A stretch of DNA of 51,898 nucleotides, filler included, from Dimargaris cristalligena (taxonomy: Eukaryota): NCBI GenBank assembly GCA_003614675.1. It is 3 parts of 3 records of this genome, joined end to end, with 100 filler letters (N's around TTAATTAATTAA, not from the genome) between each part and the next. Parts side by side here need not be neighbours in the genome. Positions count along the whole stretch, not along the records: positions 1 to 17,234 come from ML002813.1; positions 17,335 to 34,566 come from ML002814.1; 1 more part is not named here. One strand, 5' to 3'. The translations under genes and the position numbers were made by a program. The notes beneath the pieces were generated by a model, which saw only the letters and a program-made list of their open reading frames with translations, was not told the origin of the DNA and ran no database searches. Within the stretch, counting starts at the first letter, position 1, and each line of letters opens with the position of its first letter. This document shows positions 12,832 through 20,427 of the stretch, piece by piece.

Positions 12832-15800
12832 ATGACTAACACTGACTGGCTACCCATTACCGTACACGACCCTCACACTGGCTCCGAATGGAGCTACAGT
12901 CTACAATGTCTCGGTAGCTGCATAATCCGCTGCAATACCTGTACACGGCTCTTACTCCTAACCCCCCGATCATCCCGCAATATCTTCTGCACCGCCTGCA
13001 ACGAGCCCCTCGCCATTTCCCTCGAAGCGATGCTAATGACCCCCGGGGTGATTGTCAAGGCCTTCAATGTAGAAAAGCCCTTCGACATTGAACAGTTCCT
13101 GCGAGTGGAAAGCCGGGCCGGTAATTTGCGGCCATCTAGTGTGGTTCGGCTAGGCTACCTATTAGTCGAAAAGGTGGAACTCGATGACTTGACCACAGTG
13201 GACAACTGTGCCAAGTCCCGCCGGGTGAGCCCTAAATCCCTAGGCGGTGGTGGCTCTTCCTCCCCCTTGAGTGCGCGCAAGAGCTACAAGGTACTCTCCA
13301 ATATACTCAAGCGCAGCCAACCCGGTCAGGGTAAGAAGGAGCTGGCCCAGATGGGCTGGACGCAGGTTCTGGCTGTCCAAAACGGCTCCCTTCTTCGATT
13401 CTACGCAACCAAGCCCCAGCGGCAGGAAGAGGGCCACCTCCAACACGTTCTGCTCGAAACCCTCGACTTGACCACCGCGGACATTACCCATCTGCAATCC
13501 GGGCGGCCCAACGCTCACCAATCGACCCACGAGACCAGCTCCACTAGCGTGGGTGGACTAATGTACCATGCCCCCCGTCCCGCTCGACTACTATTGACGA
13601 CCCAGGACGCCCAGTACACCATTAATGTGGGTACCGACCTGCTCACCGGTTGGTGGCAAACTTGTCTGGAGAAGTCCGTCCAGGTTTCCCGGGAGCGCAC
13701 CGCGGCGATTCTCAAACTCCAGGCTACTTCGCCACCACGCTACGGTGCCAAGGGGGCCACACCCCTCAACCTCGCTATAGATTCGCCCATCCGCAAGGAT
13801 ATCCCAACCCCCATCATTGCCGCCCCCCAGATTGTGACCCCACCCAATTCCTCCACCGTGTCTGCGTCGTCCGAACCCCCCCTTCGGACCATCTCCACCG
13901 CGTTCCAGCGCGACATGACACCCGGCCAAGTTCGACCAGTGAATTTGAGCGACCCTATCCTGGGTGAGGGAGTCCGCGCGGCAGCCGATAAGCCTTACCT
14001 TGCGCCTCGTCTGTCGTCGTTGGAGGCCGCTTTCAGCGAAGGCCCCCCCCACCGGTCCCGGGGGGTCACTGGCTACCCCACCTCAGAACGGGACAATGGA
14101 GGTCTTCTTCCTTCCCCAACCTCCCCTTCTTCTTCCACTTCGTCTTCCTCCGCCTCCCCCTCCTCCGCAGTTTCATTCCCGAAGCGGGGACCCTCGTCAT
14201 GTGGGGTTGGATCGGGCCCCCTCGATTGGGCCCAATCCGAAGGTCAGAAGGATTCGGTGGCGGCGCCACCGTCGGTCTGCCCCGCCACCAAGGAGCCGTC
14301 GCCTACCCTCAGTTACACCACTACGGCCTGTAACAATAGTGTCTGTAGCGATGCCTCTTTAACTTTCTCCGTAGATACATCCGACCGGGAATCTATTTTA
14401 TCTCTCGACTTTGACGATAACGACGACAGCGACGAAGGCGCCAATACTAACCCCAAAATGAACTCCCCCACCTCCATCTCCGTTATGCAACCCACTTCTT
14501 TTGTGCGGGTACGGTCGTCCGGCTACACCGTGATTTCCAAAGACAATGCTCAACCGAAGCGGAAAACCAGTATCAAGGTGAACCCCAAACGCATGTCGCG
14601 CTATTTCGAAGATTCGCCTCTGGCCAATATCGACTTTTCCGACGCTTACGAAGTTGGGCGTGGGTTGGCCGCTGCCCTCGATAGCCGGATGTCCAGTGAT
14701 AATCCCCCGGTGCCCACTGAACTGTCCCCTACTTCATCCACCACGGCTTCAACCACCGCTTCTACCACAGTCCAAGCCCCCCCTCTCGCCGCCCACCGGC
14801 GGGTCGCCCCCGTCCCCCCGCCCAAGCCCCGCCGCTCCCTCATTCGGGCCGTGGCTAGTCAGGAGCAATTGCGGCGGTCGTACCATAGCGGCAGCACGAC
14901 TGCCCCCCCGCCGATGCCCCAGCCCACCTTGGCCGTGGTCCCCGTCTTCACCAGCACCGTCAGCCTGAAGGAACTCACCGGTAAGAAATCTACACCCAAT
15001 CCCACCGCCTCGGGTGCAACCCCCCACCCCGCTAGTTTTTCGGCATGGAAGTCTTCCATTCGCCGCCCCGAGAATACTACCATGACGACAGCGAACCCCG
15101 CCTCCTCCATCTGGACCATGCCTCCCCCGCGTCCTGCCCATCACGCGGTGCTAGGGCCCCGGAGCTACCCGTTCGTCCCCCAGACGAAAATGACCACGAC
15201 AATGGTAGCGGAAAGCCACAGTGACGATAGTGATGATAGTTTATCTGATGGTCTGGAATTCTTGCACCCCACCCCGTCCCTGCGCAGACTCGGATCCTCG
15301 CCTAATTTGACCGCGGTGCGGTCGATGGACCTGGCCACCTACAGCCAGATCTCCCAAGTCTCGCTAGCTAGTACTGGGTATTTGGAAGGAGGCCAGCAGC
15401 CGGCGTCGGCGTTGATGGCTTCCCCCGTGTCAACGACCTCCACGGCTGTCAACAGCCCGGTGCTGACCCCCTTGGCGCAATTGAGCCGACTCAATAAGAG
15501 TGCCCACTGCATTCTGAGTTCGTCCCACCTGTCCGATCTCTCCCGCCCGATGGCTTCGTTGGAAGCCCTCCCCCAGGCCCGTTCGGCTTTACCCGCCTTG
15601 GTGGGTAGCCTGGACACCAAATTCGCTCCGTCATCCTCGTTGTCCTTCAGCTCGCAATCCTCAACCGACACGGAGGAACACGACGACGACGACGAGTATG
15701 GGGTGGCTTACTCCAACGGCAAGGCCTATAATGTCCGCGCCCAGAAGCAGTTGCCCCCGACCCCCATGAACCTCAGCGCTAACAATCCCTTCCTGGCTCT

Positions 15801-15840
15801 CTTGAATAACCGGGCGACTACTCCGCTGGCCGGTCTCTAA
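12832..15840 (+). CDS. Uncharacterised 1002-aa protein: N-terminal CxxC-x15-CxxC zinc ribbon, PH-like domain, long S/T/P-rich disordered tail
   Basis: Single long ORF with GC-rich codon bias; first ATG at 12832 (the track start at 12718 is a GTG). PH-like pattern 'LGYLLVEK...WTQVLAVQNGSLLRFY...LETLDLTTADI...LLLTTQDAQYTINV...WWQTCLEKSV'. Poly-Pro motifs and a C-terminal NPF. Confidence 0.75.
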   Translation: MTNTDWLPITVHDPHTGSEWSYSLQCLGSCIIRCNTCTRLLLLTPRSSRNIFCTACNEPLAISLEAMLMTPGVIVKAFNVEKPFDIEQFLRVESRAGNLRPSSVVRLGYLLVEKVELDDLTTVDNCAKSRRVSPKSLGGGGSSSPLSARKSYKVLSNILKRSQPGQGKKELAQMGWTQVLAVQNGSLLRFYATKPQRQEEGHLQHVLLETLDLTTADITHLQSGRPNAHQSTHETSSTSVGGLMYHAPRPARLLLTTQDAQYTINVGTDLLTGWWQTCLEKSVQVSRERTAAILKLQATSPPRYGAKGATPLNLAIDSPIRKDIPTPIIAAPQIVTPPNSSTVSASSEPPLRTISTAFQRDMTPGQVRPVNLSDPILGEGVRAAADKPYLAPRLSSLEAAFSEGPPHRSRGVTGYPTSERDNGGLLPSPTSPSSSTSSSSASPSSAVSFPKRGPSSCGVGSGPLDWAQSEGQKDSVAAPPSVCPATKEPSPTLSYTTTACNNSVCSDASLTFSVDTSDRESILSLDFDDNDDSDEGANTNPKMNSPTSISVMQPTSFVRVRSSGYTVISKDNAQPKRKTSIKVNPKRMSRYFEDSPLANIDFSDAYEVGRGLAAALDSRMSSDNPPVPTELSPTSSTTASTTASTTVQAPPLAAHRRVAPVPPPKPRRSLIRAVASQEQLRRSYHSGSTTAPPPMPQPTLAVVPVFTSTVSLKELTGKKSTPNPTASGATPHPASFSAWKSSIRRPENTTMTTANPASSIWTMPPPRPAHHAVLGPRSYPFVPQTKMTTTMVAESHSDDSDDSLSDGLEFLHPTPSLRRLGSSPNLTAVRSMDLATYSQISQVSLASTGYLEGGQQPASALMASPVSTTSTAVNSPVLTPLAQLSRLNKSAHCILSSSHLSDLSRPMASLEALPQARSALPALVGSLDTKFAPSSSLSFSSQSSTDTEEHDDDDEYGVAYSNGKAYNVRAQKQLPPTPMNLSANNPFLALLNNRATTPLAGL

Positions 15841-17017
15841 AGTCGATCCAGAAAATAACATGGTCCATTACATGTCGCGAACTCCAGTGACAAAAATATC
15901 CTCAGGGTTCTATCACGTTCTCGGCCCATTGCCTCAAAAATCGAAACTAATATGTTACTCTTGTATATATATTCTTGTAACGAAAAAAAGAAAAAAAAAA
16001 GCAACTACACATTTATGTGGGGCCTATATTATTTCATTTGCTCAAGACACCATTTGGTCTTTATATCGAGCTTGCTTTTTTTTTTACATTCACGGTCATC
16101 CTCACTCAGCCTTACTTCCCATTGTATTCAACCCTGTCATTCAAGTTTAACTATATATATATATTCGTCTCATGTTTTCAGTATTTTGTTGTCATCTGGC
16201 CTGAATTCGTTCAACCACGATTATCACATCCACCACTGTGTATATAATGCCATTAACGATAAGTTTCGTGCCCCCTCCTATCTTACCCGCCATAGGTAGA
16301 TAAAACATGTATTTTTGACTTCCAATAAATCTAATGATGCCTCAACTCTCCGCCAATTTATATTTGCCCAACTAGCCACCCCTCCAATATGCACTACTTC
16401 TCCTAATTCACCAGTCACTCTTATTGACTGTCCGATGGCTGCCTCTATTAACCAACAAGGTACCGATAAATTAATATTAATGGCTTGGCAAAGTTGGTGT
16501 TGTATGGGTTTATTCGCCCCAAGTTAATATTCCTAGTAGCGGTATCTGCATCCAAGTAAGATATTTAATAGAATCCCGCTTTTTATTTTTCCTATTCCTG
16601 AGCATCCATTTGGCAACTAATGCTAAAAACTTACATCACCTAGTGTACAACACATGTAACTCATCGAAATGATATTACAAAGTAGGTCCACTAAAAAAAA
16701 AATCTGGGTAAAATAATAGGAAGTGTGCATAAACTGACAACACGTAGACAAGATAACAAGACGTTCAAGGCTTTGCCAGCAAGTGGTAAGCTAATAATAA
16801 AATGTATATGGAATAAGTCAATCACCTAAATAATCGATGCAGGCATAGTGCAGCACATTTTTAAGCACACACTATTGTATCCTCCAAAAAATTTAAGGAC
16901 ATATCAAATCCAAGGATCAATAATCTTGAGAATTACCCAAAGAATAGGATAAAATGACTTGCACAAGAGTGGGAGTCAAAATATAGTGAAGATCACTGAT
17001 AAAAAAACTCAAAAGAA

Positions 17018-17090
17018 AGGTCTCACCGAGATTCAAACTCGGGTCACGGGAATCAGATTCCCATGTGATAACCAACTACACTATGAAACC
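17018..17090 (-). tRNA. tRNA-Gln(CTG), possibly a pseudogene (T-loop TTTGA instead of TTCGA)
   Basis: The minus strand GGTTTCATAGTGTAGTTGGTTATCACATGGGAAT-CTG-ATTCCCGTGACCCGAGTTTGAATCTCGGTGAGACCT folds as a cloverleaf. Downstream T-runs could act as a Pol III terminator. Confidence 0.85.
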
Positions 17091-17234
17091 AAATGGAAAA
17101 ACAACAACCCCTGTCCAGCTAAGTGAGTTGGTTGTTATAAGGGCCTGGTTTCTTTCCAGGGTCTGTTCTTTATTCTACCTCCTGTCCTTTCCCTCTATAT
17201 CTGTAGCTTTTGAGGGTTTTTGACCAAATTACCC

Positions 17235-17334
17235 NNNNNNNNNNNNNNNNNNNNNNNNNNNNNNNNNNNNNNNNNNNNTTAATTAATTAANNNNNNNNNN
17301 NNNNNNNNNNNNNNNNNNNNNNNNNNNNNNNNNN
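17235..17334. other. Artificial contig linker (N44-TTAATTAATTAA-N44)
   Basis: Exactly 100 nt with a six-frame-stop core, identical to the linker at 34567-34666. Confidence 0.97.
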
Positions 17335-17642
17335 AGGGAGGGGAGTTCCCAGACAATAATATTAGTCATTACAAAGGATAGGTAATACTTGGGTAATCAA
17401 TAAATTCAATGTAAAACAATAGAAGGGAAAAAGGGAGAAAGAGGAAGCTATTTTTAACTGTGCTTTGAACAGGGGTACAGTCGGGCCAGGGGTAGTGTGA
17501 ATGCAGGGGTATTGTCCAGTTAGGGGTAGGGGTGCAGCTAAGTCAATGGTATAAAAATATACTAAAGGAAAAAATACTATTACTAATGAAAATGTAGTAA
17601 AAATGACTATACTTATCAGGGGCAGGGGCTCATTCACTCATC

Positions 17643-17789
17643 AGGGGTGTACTTCCAATAAGTGCAAAAAATAGATAAAAAATAAAAGTAGGTAAAAAAT
17701 GTAGTAAGTTTACCACAAGGGGCATATTTCCGATAAGTATGAAAAATAGATAAAAAATAAAAGTAGGTAAAAATGTGGTATGTTTACCA
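17643..17789 (+). repeat. Tandem duplication with 75-bp period inside the transposon relic
   Basis: 17643-17715 and 17718-17789 share AGGGG..TA.TTCC.ATAAGT...AAAAATAGATAAAAAATAAAAGTAGGTAAAAA(A)TGT.GTA.GTTTACCA. Confidence 0.9.
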
Positions 17790-18230
17790 TAATAGGCTTC
17801 TCCCAAATTATGATTTTGGTCTTGCTGAAACTGTGGATTCCCTCCCAGACCATAAGGGATTGGTGGCTAGAACTGAATGTTGGCAGAAGGTTTTGAGGTA
17901 CATAAGTCTGACCAGGCCTTTGGAGTACTCTTTGATTTATATAGGTACCCCCAATCTAAAATAAACTTTCATCAGAAAAAAATACAGATTTCCACTTTTT
18001 GATACTCCAATCTTTTTACTCTTTTGCAAAGTTAAGATGCTTGATCCAGTTGGTGGGTAATATATATGGCTTTTTTCTTGCTACCCAGGACTCTAGATTG
18101 GCCTCCTTTAATGCCCTTTGAATTGTCTGCCATGATATACTCTGGCCAGGGAAGACAATGGTTGCAATACCCTGATTAGCATTAAATGGATGGGCTGCTG
18201 CATATCTGACTAGTCTGTGCTTATTGCACT
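17782..18230 (-). pseudogene. Tc1-family transposase fragment (second HTH plus start of the DDE domain)
   Basis: Reads 'RLVRY...ISWQTIQRALKEANLESWVARKKPYILPTNWIKHLNFAKE*KDWSIKKWKSVFFSDESLF*...SLMVWEGI'. This matches the Tc1 motifs ARKKP, W..V.FSDES and MVWG, with in-frame stops. Confidence 0.85.
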
Positions 18231-19192
18231 GCCATAGGCAGGGATGGGATTTTGTGTCCATGAGTAGGTATGAGTGTCAGATGTTATTACCCTTACTCAG
18301 CATGGGATGAAACAACAACTTGCAGCTCCAGAAGATTATTCTATCCACAGTGCCTGAGGGGTTGACTGCTTTCTCTAAATTTAGTAACAGATTTTACCTT
18401 AGTCAGATTTTCCTCATTCTTACCTTCATGAAAACCTAAAGTTGATTCCACATAGCAGCAAGTGAGGGTGAGGGAATTATCCTTGAGAAGAACAAAACAG
18501 TGATGTTATCTTCTATCCCCTCTTGTCTCATGATCTATCCTTATATTGTGAATACCTTGGTAAATCCAAGGTAGTTTCCAATTCCCAAAGCACCTTCCAA
18601 ATACACAAAGCTGAGTTTTAAGTCTTAAAATATTTAGCTAGTTTTCTCCCTCCATAGTTTTATAGCTGAATAGTCCTGACCAACCTCTGTAGTGACCAAA
18701 GTTTAGTATATCTTCCCTCATATGTATATATAGTCTTGTAGTTGGCTTTAAGAACTGACAATTTATCCTCAAGATAAGTTTTTATAATTCAGAATAAATA
18801 TCTATTCTTAACTTCACCCAGTGTCTTACTCAGTATCAGTTGATGACTTCAGCCAGAAGCCAATTAATATTTTATTCCTTTTATTCACTTTATTTTCTCT
18901 ATAACTGGTTTATTAGCATGTAGCCACCATGGCTCCCCCAGTCCCTAACTCTGATGATGGGAGTTTAGGATTGATTTATTTGGGGTATTTTCCACTGTAC
19001 CCCAGTTCCCACTCAAACAGTAGTTCTGACCTGCTTTAACAAGCAGAAGGACCATTTCCCAAGTTCTCCATGTTCCACCCAGGCACTGACCCCTTGAACC
19101 TGATGTCTGGTGAACCTCTTATCCTGGGAGAAGTTAAGGAGAATCCCTCCAGCTCTTCCCTCAATATGGAGGGCCCTCAAATAACTGGCAGA

Positions 19193-19390
19193 ACACTTGT
19201 TATAGTTATTGAGAATCTTGTTACAGCCCCTGCATTGCTTAGGAGCCTTTGATCCATTATTATTACTTGTGTTTATCACCCAGTAAACTGTAGCTCATGA
19301 GACACTAAGAATGTACATAATCATTGGGGCTTTTACACCTTCTTTAAACATATTACAGAGAATATCAGGCTTCTTAGGGGATAAATTCAT
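19193..19390 (-). pseudogene. Tc1-family transposase N-terminal HTH fragment
   Basis: Reads 'MNLSPKKPDILCNMFKEGVKAPMIMYILSVS*ATVYWVINTSNNNGSKAPKQCRGCNKILNNYNKC'. Restoring CpG codons gives VSRATVYRVI...RRGR.KIL...DKR, typical of Tc1 N-termini. Confidence 0.7.
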
Positions 19391-20115
19391 TTTAAAAACT
19401 CATTATGTTAATAAAGGTGAAAGAAAAAAATCCCGTAAAAATATTACTTTCCCTGAAGTAGAAAGGAAAAATTTCCATGTGAAAATTTGTTTCTCTATCT
19501 TTCTCCTTCTTTTATTCTTTCCTACCATCCGACCCTATTAGTTTATTATATTTTTACTATCAAAATTTGTCTCTGCCATGTTCTTTACACAGGTGCACGA
19601 CGACTTTTCGGTTATTGCAGACTGTGGACTTGTCCAATTGGCGTAATAAGCATTGCCAATAAATAACAAAACATTGACGGCATCTATCAACGATAATGGG
19701 TGTATACCATAATAAAGAGGAGACACGAATTAATTAGTTATGGTATAAGACATTTAAAAAGAAAGAAATATGAATATAAAAAAATGGGGTTTAATATATG
19801 GCACCCCATCACAATAATTTTTTGTCTCACTTTTGCTGGCCATGACTGTACCATATCAGGATGTGGGAGGGTACGGCTTTATATATAGATATACAGCTAT
19901 ATCTATAAGCGCATCGCGAGTTTGAAAAATTGCCTGTTTAAGTCGAGGATAGAAAGTAGTGGAAAGTGTAATAGAAATGCTAAAAAAACTAATTGATTAT
20001 AGACGAGAGATGCTAAAGTGCAATCCAAATATTGAATTGTAGAGGAGAAACGGAGAATAATCAAGAAGGGTTATGTAGAGGAAAAAAAAGAGCGGAAAAT
20101 AATGGAGGGGCGCGG

Positions 20116-20119
<4 letters not shown>

Positions 20120-20147
<28 letters not shown>
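20120..20147. repeat. (TA)n microsatellite
   Basis: Uninterrupted TA dinucleotide run downstream of the W2-domain gene. Confidence 0.9.
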
Positions 20148-20154
<7 letters not shown>

Positions 20155-20427
20155 TGTGTATGTGTTTCGAGGACTAGAAATAGTTTGGTAGAAAAGGGAG
20201 GGGGTGAGCAGGACCCATAATGACTAGCGAACCAAAAGTAAGACACATCATGTCTACTGCATCGTGGACAAGGTAAGTAAATGCCTATTAAAATCAATGG
20301 GACCCTTGCTTTCTCTTTCAGTATATATATATATGAATAATAAACCTTTTTGCATGGCCAATTTTTAAAAGGCTGGTTACAGCAAGGATATAAGGCGACA
20401 AGATTACTCTTAGCCCCTTTACTATAA

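Larger units (their letters stand above)
17478..19848 (-). mobile_element. Degenerate Tc1/mariner DNA transposon relic (one rearranged element or two nested copies)
   Basis: Candidate ends TA|CAGTC-GGGCCAGGGGTAGTG (17476) and, on the minus strand, TA|CAGTCATGGCCAGCAAAAGTG (19850). Two transposase fragments lie inside. No CpG between 17733 and 19433. Confidence 0.6.

Noticed and set aside
17279-17290. TTAATTAATTAA palindrome (also 34611-34622) as a biological site
   Set aside because: Embedded in symmetrical N runs; it is an assembly linker.
19013-19110. 'AWVEHGELGKWSFCLLKQ' as an L1/Tx1 LINE ORF2 motif
   Set aside because: Only a short resemblance, with no flanking endonuclease or RT motifs visible.
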